DNA of 64,000 nucleotides from Macrostomum lignano (lineage: Eukaryota). Under the pieces are notes generated by a model. That model searched no databases. It saw only the letters and a program-made list of their open reading frames with translations, and was not told where the DNA came from. The DNA lies in assembly GCA_002269645.1 (NCBI GenBank), contig NIVC01002850.1, positions 62,001 through 126,000 on the forward strand, in the 5' to 3' direction. The position numbers and the translations under genes are program-made. Below, piece by piece: positions 23,571 to 35,584 of this stretch (position 1 is its first letter; each line of letters opens with the position of its first letter).

Positions 23571-26196
23571 ATGAGTCAAGAATCGTCCAATCAAGACGCA
23601 GCCACCCAGCTGCCAGCCGCTCTGAGCAAGGACAATTCAACTGACGCCAAGTCAGCTTCCCCAACGCAGGCTGATAGCATTGCCAGTTCGGCGAATTCAA
23701 TCAAGGCCAAAGTGGGCGGTCCGAACCAACCGCTTGGCTACCAACAGCAACTACAGCAGTCTCCTCCAACAGAGCAGCAGTCTGAAATGGAAATTCTTCA
23801 TCAGAAATTAAATTCTTTCAGTCAAAAAGAAGTAGATCGAATGACTGAAGCCACGATCAGCAAGAAAACGACAGCAGCAGTAGCAAAGACTCCTGCAGAT
23901 TCAGCGGACGAGCTGAAGTCAAAACCGGACCGAGCACCTTTCGACATGGTAAAAAGTGACGACACCTACTCCGAGTGGCTACTAATGGAGGCCGAACTAT
24001 TCCCTCTGAGGTACTTCAGCGATCGGCACGTGAAGACCATGCACAAGTACAGCATAGTGCGCGTGCTTGGCCAAGGCGGTTTCGGTCTTGTGCTGCTAGT
24101 TAGCGTTGAAAAAGGCGGCCCACTTTACGCTATGAAGGTCATGTCAAAGGAAAAGATCAGAGAGAAGAAAATGATTAAGTACATTATTGGAGAGCGGCGC
24201 GCTTTGTCGGCGGTGCACAATCCGTTCATCATGTCGCTAATAGACAAGCTCAAGGACAACTCCAACGTGTACATGATCCTGCCCTTCATCGAGTGCGGAG
24301 ACCTGTACCGCCTTATGTTGTCAACCAGGCTGAAACGGTTCAGCCACGAAGACGCAAAATTCTACATGTCGCAGGTGTTTCTGGCTTTCGAGTATCTGCA
24401 CCGGATGCGAGTGCTGTACCGAGACTTGAAGCCGGAGAATCTCATGCTGGACAGGTTCGGCTACTTGCAACTGGCTGATTTGGGCTTTGCCAAACTGCTG
24501 GATCCGAGCAGAGGTGAGAGACAGAACTGCAGATGCGATCCTCTGTGAAAATCCTGACTGTGGGTAGTGGGTGCAGATCGAGCAGATCGCACAGCCCTGC
24601 AGAGAGGCGAAGAACCATGCCCATTCCACAGATCCAATGAGTAAAATTTTTATGGACGACTTAAAAATTAATGTGACACCGTTTGTTTTAGTTCATGAAA
24701 AGGGTTATAGTAGGGTCCCATATTCCTATCCAGAGACAAGTAGTGAAGCTCCATCAAAAGAGACAGGTAGTGTAGTTCCATCAAAAGTGACAGGTAGTGA
24801 AGTTCCATCAAAAGAGACAGGTAGTGAAGCTCCATCAAAAGAGACAGGTAGTGAAGCTCCATCAAAAGAGACAGGTAGTGTAGTTCCGTCAAAAGAGACA
24901 GGTAGTGTAGTTCCGTCAAAAGAGACAGGTAGTGTAGTTCCGTCAAAAGAGACAGGTAGTGTAGTTCCGTCAAAAGAGACAGGTAGTGTAGTTCCATCAA
25001 AAGAGACAGGTAGTGAAGTTCCATCAAAAGAGACAGGTAGTGAAGCTCCATCAAAAGAGACAGGTAGTGTAGTTCCGTCAAAAGAGACAGGTAGTGTAGT
25101 TCCGTCAAAAGAGACAGGTAGTGTAGTTCCGTCAAAAGAGACAGGTAGTGTAGTTCCGTCAAAAGAGACAGGTAGTGTAGTTCCATCAAAAGAGACAGGT
25201 AGTGTAGTTCCGTCAAAAGAGACAGGTAGTGTAGTTCCGTCAAAAGAGACAGGTAGTGTAGTTCCGTCAAAAGAGACAGGTAGTGTAGTTCCGTCAAAAG
25301 AGACAGGTAGTGTAGTTCCGTCAAAAGAGACAGGTAGTGTAGTTCCATCAAAAGAGACAGGTAGTGAAGTTCCATCAAAAGAGACAGGTAGTGAAGCTCC
25401 ATCAAAAGAGACAGGTAGTGTAGTTCCGTCAAAAGAGACAGGTAGTGTAGTTCCGTCAAAAGAGACAGGTAGTGTAGTTCCGTCAAAAGAGACAGGTAGT
25501 GTAGTTCCGTCAAAAGAGACAGGTAGCGAAGCTCCATCAAAAGAGACAGGTAGTGAAGCTCCATCAAAAGAGACAGGTAAAGAAGCCCCATTGAAGAGCA
25601 CAGGGAATAAAGAGGTATGCACTTGAGCACCTTTCAAAGGAACTAGGGCACTAAAAAAACTACAGTGCAGTGGCCTGAAATTTTTCATGCACGATATCGC
25701 AATCGCAGAGCGAACCTACAGCACATTGGGCACGCCCGACTACATGGCGCCGGAGATTTTTTCGGCAAAAAACTGCGGCTACAGTTTCTCAGTTGATTGG
25801 TGGACAACGGGCTGTTTGCTATTCGAGTTTTTAGTTGGATTTCCACCGTTTCACACGCCCAACGGCAATACGATGCACGTGATTAAGAAGATTCTATCCA
25901 CAGAGATTCAGTTTCCAAACTTTGTAAAGCCGGACGCTAAAGACATGGTGAACTGTCTGTGCCAGAAGAATCCGCACAATAGGATGGGTTGCCAGAAGGC
26001 TGGACCAAGCGCCATACGCGAGCACGCCTTCTTCCGAGACGTGGATTTTGTACGCGTGTTCCACAAGCAGCTGCCGGCTCCGCACAAGCCAACTAGCAAA
26101 GACGACAAGAGGTTTTACACTGGTCGACCTGTGCCCAAAAATGTGATCAGGATCAGCAAGACTATGCGATACAATACGATGTTTGCAGAATTCTAA
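23571..26196 (+). CDS. Divergent cAMP-dependent protein kinase catalytic subunit-like AGC kinase (~476 aa)
   Basis: Exons 23571-24513 and 25709-26196 (phase 1; donor AG|GTGAGA, acceptor cgcag|). Motifs: GQGGFG, YAMK, YRDLKPEN, DLGFAK, RTYSTLGTPDYMAPE, DWWTTG, GFPPF, and the PKA-type terminal FxxF (FAEF*). Confidence 0.9.
24735..25580. repeat. 27 bp tandem repeat (ccatcaaaagagacaggtagtgtagtt) inside the kinase gene
   Basis: About 31 copies; reads PSKETGSVV in one plus frame. See findings for a possible cassette exon. Confidence 0.96.
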
Positions 26197-26766
26197 GAAG
26201 TTGAAGAAGCAAGCGCTCGGACATGGGCTATTTGTCATTTTTTATTTTCAATATCGATCATTTATAAACTATAAAATTTGTCAAACTTATTGGACTGTTT
26301 TTAATGTAGCCCTACAATAATAAGTTCTGCTCAGAACGACAAGAATATGTCTTTTTATTTCATTGTGACTTTTGTTCATTGAACTATTTAAAACTTTGTT
26401 TATCTACTATTAGAAAAAGCTTAACAAACGCAAACTGTAACAAATTTTCTATTGTCTTAATTTGCCACGTCGTACTATATTCAGCGAAAGCAGTCTCGTT
26501 TTTATCGCAAAAAGACCTGGAAACTTATTGAGATTTTACACTGAAATAAAAACTATTCAAGTTTAATCCGTAAGGCAATTATTAAGTTTAATAATAGATT
26601 TAGTTTTCCTCCTTGTCAACATTTATTAGTAAAATATACTTATTTATTTAATATTAAAAACATGCAGACAACACGAATAAACGACAAAACTTCTGAAGCA
26701 AGTTGATGAAAAAATACAACGTCAACACAGAGTTTAGAGTGGCAGTTTTGATCCTGTGGAGAAAAG

Positions 26767-28777
26767 TTATTCGGCACTCTCCTCTTCCTCTGCTGCCTCG
26801 GCCTCGCCTTCAGCCTCGGCCTCGCCTTCAGCCTCCGCCTCGCCTTCAGCCTCGGCCTCGCCTCCAGCCTCCGCCTGGTTGCCTTCGCCTGCCTCGGCGG
26901 CATCGGCGGCCTCTTCACCTGGCGGAGCTGCCGACGTCTCGGCGCCTGAAATTATTTATTGCAGTTGCAGATCACAAGCATACATATGCACGTACGTACA
27001 ATGTAGTGGCATTTCAATGAACTACACCAGCGAAATCTCAAAGTTTCAATGGAATCTTAACGGAATTCATGAGAGAAATATCAATGTACGTGCAAAGCTT
27101 GCCGAAAATTCAATTGAATCCTATTCATAGTTAGTAGAATCTATCTTATATGTTTGTTGCTACTTTATTAGAATCTTGAAACTCACGGATTAATCTGGAT
27201 GAAATCTCAATGGGAGTTTCAATTGAAGCCCCAATGAAAGTCTCATTAGGGATCTTAATAGAAGTCTCAATTTAAATAAATTTTATTGAAATTTTAGATT
27301 TATCTCATGAAATCTCACTAGAAGCAAAATGGGAATCTTAATGGAAGGCTTTTAAAAACCTGATTATAAATTCAATTGAAATCTTATGAAATCTCATTAG
27401 AAATTCTATGGAATCCTAAACGGATGCCTCAACGGAAATCTCATGAAATCTCAATAGAAATTCAATGGAAATCTCAACGGAAATCTCAACGGAAGTCTCG
27501 TAAACCTCAATTACGAGACTCAATTAAATCAGTCTCAATTAAATCTCGTGAAATATCACTAGAAGCCGCCGATGGAAATCTCACTGGAATCTAAGCGGAA
27601 TCTAAACTATGGAATCTCACACGCTCTGGATTTCTCTTCCTCTCACCTTCCTCCCCATCCTCCTTCGCCTCGCCGCCGTCTTCGTCGGCCTCGCCCTCCG
27701 GAATTTCCACCTCGGCGGCGGCCCGCTCAGCCCGCTGGCGCTCTTCCTCCTCCTCTCTCAGGCGGGCCTCTTCGGCTTCGCGACGTTGGCGCTCCTCCTC
27801 CTCGGCGCGTTCGCGCTCCAGCTGGCGCTTGCGCTCCATCATCTGGCGCTGCTCCTCGGCGATTTCCTGACGGCGCAGCTCTTCAAGTCGCTCGGCCTAC
27901 AGGCATGGCACGGATTAATTTACGTAGGACCAGTGGTCAACGGCAGCCTTAATCTAAATCTTTATCGATTAATTGGCTACAAAATACGTACCATTTACTT
28001 AATACTCTACTTGAAGTAAAAATATTAGAAATAGGAAAGTTTTTGATTTGCTCTACTAATAAGTAGTATGGTAGAAATAAATTCATGTCATGTCATCAAA
28101 CCATCAACGTTTACAAGATAAGTGTGCTATTTTATAAATGCACGATAATATTATTTTCCTGTGTCGATATATTTCAAATATTTGGTTGAAATTTTGACAA
28201 TTAGTTTGCGACTTTTTTGCATATTAAATAGTTAGATTATTATATTAGTTATTATTTGTCATTTGCTGGTATGTTGTTATTGTTACTTTTGCGTTCTTGT
28301 TATTATTGTTGTCACACTGTAAAATGCAATACAAATACGGTTGTGACTGTTGGAATTGTACGATACGACGTAGCATGGGTCATTTTAAATAAATATTTAG
28401 AAAATTAGACGTATTTCTTACGTCTTCTCTGTATTTCTCCCGATCCCTTTGAAATCCTCCTTCTCAAGTTCGAATGTGTCTTGTTTTGAACGAAATAAAA
28501 AACTCACCTCCTCTTCCTCCTTGATTCGCTGAGCCAGCTCCTCCTGCTCCTTGTGATACTGGATCGAGTCCGCGTGCTTCATCAAATATTGGCTGAGAAA
28601 TTCGATCGGATCGCGGGGCTTCTGTTGCACAATCTGGGCCACTCCCGCTGTGAGTGCCGGGCCTACCTGGTCAATCAGGTATTGAGCCTCTCTGGTGGCT
28701 TTCGAGTGCGGCTTCCTCGGCTCCGGTGTGAAGTCGCGGGTTTGCACTTTGTCCAAGTTGAATGGAGACGATGCCAT
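26767..28777 (-). CDS. DYDC1: Dpy-30 motif/coiled-coil protein, DYDC1/2-like (~232 aa)
   Basis: Exons 28508-28777, 27647-27896 and 26767-26945 with consistent phases (0, 1). YLIDQVGPALTAGVAQIVQQKPRDPIEFLSQYL is a Dpy-30 motif, followed by an E/R coiled coil and an acidic (AEGE)n tail. Confidence 0.82.
27130..27620. repeat. Degenerate intronic repeat (gaaatctcaatg-like)
   Basis: Many short variant copies in DYDC intron 26946-27646. Confidence 0.6.
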
Positions 28778-29842
28778 GCTGACGAAAAATGTTGATACAA
28801 ATTTAACAAAGCAACCGCAATGTTCTTTCTATCTGATTCTATTTATTCCGACGAGAATTAAAAGAATAAAGTCTTCTCTGTTTCGAAAATTAAATTTCCG
28901 CCAAATAGGTTTGGTTTGACCAGTCTGCTTAGAATATATAGCGATAGCGACTCGGTTGGCCTTGACGACGGTCTTTTCTTTTCTAGCCTGCGGCGGGTCA
29001 GAGAGCCCGTTGAAGTGAATGGGCAGAGGGGTGGCGGGGGTAAAGAGGGAGCCCTGTTGGGGAAAGGGGTGGGGGGCTGAATGTACAGTGTAAAATGTAC
29101 ACTCTATGATGCGTACACTCAATGTGTTAGTCCCCGCTTTTAGGCGAACGCGAGAAAGAAAGAAGGGTTTTATATCTTTTAAGTAGTTTAATGTGTTGAA
29201 CTGGCTACTCACAGATTTCATACCCCCTAGAACGTGATGAGCGACTATTGTACTCCGCCTAAACTATCATTAGGCACTGTATACTCGTATATATACAGTT
29301 CGCGATTTAATCAGGCCGGTTGTATACTTTTGATGAATAATTAATTAGGCTAGCTAAAATTGGCTTGGCTTATCTTCATTGTAGGGTTTTCAATTAATTT
29401 CTTACGTTCTCAAATTGTTTGCTGGATTAGCTTTATATAGCCAAACTATAATCATACAGAATGATGAATAATGTAAAAGATTGGTTTGGGATTTTGTCGT
29501 CTCCGGTCTCCCGCCCAGACATTCCCGTCCCCGTCTCTCCTTTTTAAATGGAAGTCAATTAATTAAGCGAGCCATTAATTAATTAAGAGTCGCACACATC
29601 ATGTATACTAGATTATATTCAACAACTCGTAGCACTCTTACATTAAAAAATCTAAACAGCTTGCTTACTCAACTGAAATTTGCTTTGGAGTGGTTGAAGA
29701 TTCCAGCGATAAAAATTGCATACTTTCCATGCTACGAAGTATCAAGTATCCCCTGATCAGTATCCTCTGTTCTGATCAAGTGATCAATATCCTCTGAATC
29801 ACTTGCAAGCTCATTCTTAAGCTCTCTTCTAGCTGCTCCCTC

Positions 29843-30790
29843 TCCCTCTCAATCTCACTTTCATTTTAATGTCTATCTATCTCTCCATATCCCCCTCTCT
29901 CTCCCTCCTGGTTTTAAGCTCTTACACTCTTCCTATCCTTCTCCTTCCAAATCTTCCTCTCCATCTCCCTCTCAATCTCACTTTCATTTTAATGTCTATC
30001 TATCTCTCCATATCCCCCTCTCTCTCCCTCCTGGTTTTAAGCTCTTACACTCTTCCTATCCTTCTCCTTCCAAATCTTCCTCTCCCTCACCCTCTCAATC
30101 TCACTTTCATTTTAATGTTTATCTATCTCTCCATATCCCCCTCTCTCTCCCTCCTGGTTTTAAGCTCTTACACTCTTCCTATCCTTCTCCTTCCAAATCT
30201 TCCTCTCCATCTCCCTCTCCCTCCCCATATCATTCTCCCTCTCCCTCTCCCTCTCCCTCTCCCTCATAATCTCCCTCTCCATCTCCCTCTCCATCTCCCT
30301 CTCCATCTCCCTCTCCATCTCCCTCTCCCTCCTCATCTCCCTCTCCATCTCCATCTCCCTCCCCATCTCTCTCTCGGCCTCTCCATCTCCCTCTCCCTCC
30401 CATCTCCCTTTCCATCTCCCTCTCCATCTCTCTCTCCCTCCCCATCTCCCTCTCCATCTCCCTCTCCATCTCCCTCATCTTCCTCTCCCTCTTCCTTTTC
30501 TCTTCCTCCTTCTCCCTCCTCTTTTTCCTCTCCCTCTCCATCTCCATCTCCATCTCCCTATTCCTCCCCATCTCCCTCTCCCTCTCTCTCTCCCTCTCCT
30601 TCTCCCTCTCCTTTTTCCTCTCCCTCTCCCTCTCTTTCTTCCCTTCCCTCTCCATCTCCCACTTCCTCTTTATCTTCCTCCCTCTCCCTCCTCCTCTCTT
30701 TCCTCTCCCTCTCCATCTCCCTATTCCTCCCCATCTCCCGCTCCCTCTCTCCTCCTCTCCCTCTTCCTCTCCACCTTCCTCTCTCTCTGT
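29843..30790. repeat. Three 123-bp tandem copies followed by a CT-rich polypyrimidine tract
   Basis: Unit recurs at 29869, 29992 and 30115; (CTCCAT/CTCC)n continues to ~30790. Confidence 0.92.
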
Positions 30791-31921
30791 ATTTCACATT
30801 ACGTCTCCATGTCACTTACTTTTCCGCCAAACCTATTTTCTTACCTCTAATATCCACGTCTCTTCTCTTTTTCTCCACCTCTGTCCAACCACCACTTGAT
30901 TTCTACATGTCTGAACTGTACATGTGTACAACCAAGCAACCATGTCAAACCAAACATGCAGCGGGCACAATAGCAAACGCACACAGACTGCTACATTGTC
31001 TGTTTACTTTATGACTTGTTCATCACAGTCCAACTGGTCCCAAGCATCTGCAGTCGTAACTGGTATGTAGCTTTATCGAAGTTCAATTCGTTTATCTCTG
31101 TCAAACGTGCATTCGCAAACATGCCCTACGATCTGGACCGTTTCTGCTCTTACTCAATCTCCATACTTCTTGTGTGGTCAGCCGTATAGTCAGATAGTAA
31201 ATTGGCTCTTACCACTTAAGCTCTGGACAGCAGGGTCTCTTTGCTTTCGGTGTCGGATTGGCTGATTGGACAAACCTAAGCTGTCTCTCTCTCCGACCGT
31301 CTCCCCGGTTCGCGCGCAGATTCTAACACTTTTCCGCCTTCTTTCTTCTTCTATAGCCATAGTTGAAGCAAATACTTAATTAAGCCATAAAAGTATCTAT
31401 CAGAATTATAACATGCGCATATTCAGTCGGCAAAACGAACACACCCACACTCTGCAGAGATCCGAAAATTAAAGACTTTAGTTGAAGTTTTAGTTGAATT
31501 GTTCAAACCTGAGGTCTGGTCACTATTTCGTAAGTTAGTGATTCTTTCGTGGTGGCTGAATCGGCCGCCACTTTGTCCTGTTGAGTGGCTATTGTCTATT
31601 GTGATAGAACTAATTGAGTCAAGTCGCGGAATACAACTGATTAGAGATTTAGTATATGTGGACTAGCCCACCCCCAACGGGGAAAACGAAGGGAAAACAA
31701 AAAAATTCTAACTTGGTATCTCAGCATTCCTTCTTCAGCCGTAACATCTCAACATCTCCCAATTATTCGATTTTTTGGAATCTTAGCGAGAACTGATTGA
31801 GTAGTGAGTCAGTAACAACTGATTGTGTTGCAAGAGGCGTTTGAAAAACAAACATTTCTTGAACCTAAAAACCTCAGTTTAACACTATAACTCATACATT
31901 CCCTGCAGCCTCGTTGTTACC

Positions 31922-34900
31922 ATGGCCTCAGCAGCGGCAGACAATGCTCCCCTGAATGGACAGCAGCAGCAGCAATATGAACTCCAGGATGACGCCTCCC
32001 CAGACCCGACCGCGGAGGAACCCAGCGTAGACTTCAGCTCAGCTGGTCCCACAGCTTCAGTCACGTATCGTCGCACAAAAGGTCGTGACAGTCTCCGACG
32101 ACTAAGCGACATTATGAGCGCCTACATCCCTGTGATGTCGGGACCGTCAGGACCGTCGGGACCGTCAATGCGGACGCAGAACCGATCGCAGCAGGAACAG
32201 CCGCTGCTCGAATCCGAAGAGATTGCACCTGACAGTCCCGACGCCAAGTCTGGTGGCAGCAACCGCGGCGGCTACCGAACCCTGATGCTGCTGAATGTTG
32301 CCAGCCTTCGAGCCGACGAACAATTCACTAGCAGCAGTAGGGAGAATCTTCTAGAAGCGGCTGACGACAACGACGAAGAGGATAAGAACAGGCCGCTAGT
32401 GGACGGAGACATTGTTGGAGTGGCCATGTCGGAGAACGGTCTGGCTTTCCTGATTTTCAAGGACAGTCCTGACATACTGCGGCTGGACACTCGGTCCGCC
32501 ACCGCTAGCGGTAACTTGCTTGGCACGGCCAAGGCTTGTAAAGTGCTGCAAATCCGGCTGCGTCAGGGCGTCAAGCTTCACCCAACGGATGTAAAAGTTT
32601 ACAAAGAGCGACTCTTTGTTTGCGGTCGGTTGACTAGGAAGATTGGAGAGAAGAGCGTTGCCTTGTCAGCTGTGGCTAGATGCAACCTGAATGGAGTGGT
32701 CGAATTGGTGAGTTAAATCTGTCTTAGATTTATTTTTTAGGGATTACGTGCGTAGAAGAAGTGTCAATGAAAATTTAACCCTAAGAAAAAGACTACCTAC
32801 ACAGCCACATTCATGGTCGTGCAAACGCACGAATGCATACCCAGATACGTGTTTACACGGAGTGTACATTGTACATGGCCCTGACTTTCTCGTCGGTTGG
32901 CCCTCGTAGGCGAAGCCCTAGGCGAATTTTATTGCAAGGTCCCCATCGTTCGCTCATATATGGAAACACTACTAAGAATTAACAAACTCTTCGAACCTTT
33001 GCAGTGGCCATCGAGAAAGAAAATGTAAACAAAAACGATGTATATACTTCATAATCTATCGTACTGCACCGTATTTGTGAATTCAAGAAGTAAACGATAT
33101 AATTTGTTACCCCCTAAAGGGTACAAAATATTTTTAAAACCCTATTAGCTTTGCAAGTTTAAAAACTGTTCACAGTCATCTTTCTACTCGTACCTAACGC
33201 TTTGCGCATCAAAGCTTTGGTCGAAAAAGTATTTGCAAAGTGTTGAATCTGTCTTATAGCGTATAGCGTTTTGATTAACTTGAATTCAGTCTAACTGTGC
33301 GAAGTTAGCTATATAGCTTAGCTAGAAAGCACAGCTAGCTGCCCAAGTATATCCGCTGGCATGAATTTTGTGTTGGCATAAGTATCAATATTAATGAAAC
33401 TTTTGACCAGGCGTGTAAAAAAGATTTCTTATTGCCATCTTATTACCATTGCTTTCTTATTACCATTCCATTTTGAGTTGGCGCCACTTCCCTTAAGGTG
33501 CCATCCATTTTGAGGTGGCGCCACTTTCCCTGAAGGTGCCATCGCATTTTGAGGTGGCGCCACTTTATCTGAGGGGTGCGCCAATTATTAAAGACACTTA
33601 ATTCAGCTTTGTATACAACTTGACGGGTGTCTGTTAAAATTAGGCAATCCACTCTGTATCCGTGGGCGTGTTCAGGTGTCAGAGTAATTATCTAATTATC
33701 CTTGATTGAATCCTCGCTGTCTGTCTAGTTGATAAAAAATCCACAATGTTCTTTTACAGGAGATAGCCTACTGAGAAGTAGCAATAAATGAATATGAAGG
33801 TAATATCTTTAACTTGAATGTGTATGTTTGTTCCGCTGACAACTGAGCCTGACCCCATTGATACTCACACACTCACACAGGGTGTGCAGGGCCCTGATTT
33901 CTCATCATCTGACTGTGTACTTTTTGGCCCGATAGTGGGACGCGTTAACCTATGAGCGTATATTAGTCTTTATAAGCTCATCGGTCAATTGAGAAGAGTC
34001 GCAAGAACTTGAAAGCTGGTCGTATTCTCCCACCCTTACCTTAGCTTTATCTTTCACTTAACTATCGAAGGAATCGAAGGAGTTGCCGGAGCCGCGGTTC
34101 CTCGGTTTCGACATTGACCCCACCGACGACCAGCTGGTGGTGGCCAGCCCCATGCCCGATGGTCACGGCTCGCAGGTGTTTAAAATGAGCTCGGATTTCA
34201 AGGAGAAGAAATTTAAAATCCAGCTTGGCACCCGAGGAGACAGCTGGCACAGGCCCGAGTTTGTAGCCTGCATCGGCGGCGAGCAGCCGGTGTGCTGGGT
34301 GGCTGTGCAGCAGTCCGCCAGTCCCAGTGGCCTGGCAACTGGTCAGGTGACTCACCGGCTGCTCTCATTCCCGTTAAGACGCCCGCCAGTAACTGATGAA
34401 GCTACAGCTGAAGGTGCAGCTGCACCAGCGAGCACAAAGGATTGGATGAAGGTGATCATTTGTTATCTAGCAAAAAGTTCCTGAAGTACGATTTCAGACT
34501 ATGACGCATATTAAAATTTTTGGATATGAGATTAGGGTTTGTGTGAAATGCTTTAATGCCACCAAGTCAGAGATTATTTTTGAATATCAGTTTTTCTACA
34601 TCTAATCCCTTAGATTCTAGATTTTTTCAAAATTTTTATCGTCATTCTAACGATTCTAAAATTCATTTTAAGAATTCAAGAGTATCACCTCAATGTGTTA
34701 CCCTAATATTTATTCTCAGCTCGAGACTTTTGTCTTAATTTATTATTCTAGTCTATCGTGTGAGTTTAGTTCCAGCCTAAGATTCTAATCTCTGCTAATT
34801 CTTAGATTCTAGTTTCACCTTGAGATTTAGTACGTCTCACCATGAGATTTAAATCTTATTTGACGATCCAATCTCATCCTAAAATTCTATTTTCACCCTA

Positions 34901-35584
34901 ACATTCTGGTCTGACCCTAAGATTTTGTCTTATCTTATGATTCCTGTCTCACCCTAAGACTCTAGTCTCACCCTATGACTCTAGTCTCACCCTAAGACTC
35001 TATTAGACTCTAAGATTCTAGTCTCACCCTAAGACTCTAATCTCACCCCAAGATTTTAGTGTAAGCCTAAGTTTCTAGTCTCAGGCTAAGATTCTAGTCT
35101 CACTCTAAGACTCTAGTCTCACCCTAAGACTCTAGTCAGACTCTAAGACTCTAGTCGCACCTTAAGACTCTAGTCAGACTCTAAGACTCTAGTCTTACCC
35201 TAAGACTCTAGTCTCACCCTAAGACTCTAGTCTCACCCTAAGAATCTAATCCCAACTACATAACCGGCCCAGGTGAGCGTCTGGAAATTTGAAGGCCTCC
35301 AACCTGGCCGCCTGCTGGCTCTGCAGTCGCCAAACAATTCCTTGGGCCGGCTGCTCATGTTGAGCCGCGACCGTGGCAACATCTACAGCGTCAGCGAGGA
35401 ATTCGGCTGCTTCCCGTTGACCCACCCGGCGTCCGAGGGAGGTCAGGCCTTCACGGCATTCTGCTCGTTGAATGAGCGACCAGCTGCGGTCAGCAGCAAT
35501 GGTGACACAACAACAGCATCAGCTACTACCATCGACATCTTGGCAGCCACGAAGGATTCTCTGTACTTGCTACAGGCGTCGTAA
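31922..35584 (+). CDS. Uncharacterised protein (~492 aa): disordered N-terminus plus a probable divergent beta-propeller
   Basis: Exons 31922-32707, 34071-34451 and 35273-35584, all phase 0 with GT-AG and GC-rich coding composition. An acceptor tccctgcag lies just before the ATG. Strand-like segments (IVGVAMSENGLAFLIF, FLGFDIDPTDDQLVVAS) suggest propeller blades (inference). Confidence 0.75.
34900..35250. repeat. Intronic minisatellite, 19 bp unit (ctaagactctagtctcacc)
   Basis: Tandem copies, more degenerate upstream. Confidence 0.88.
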
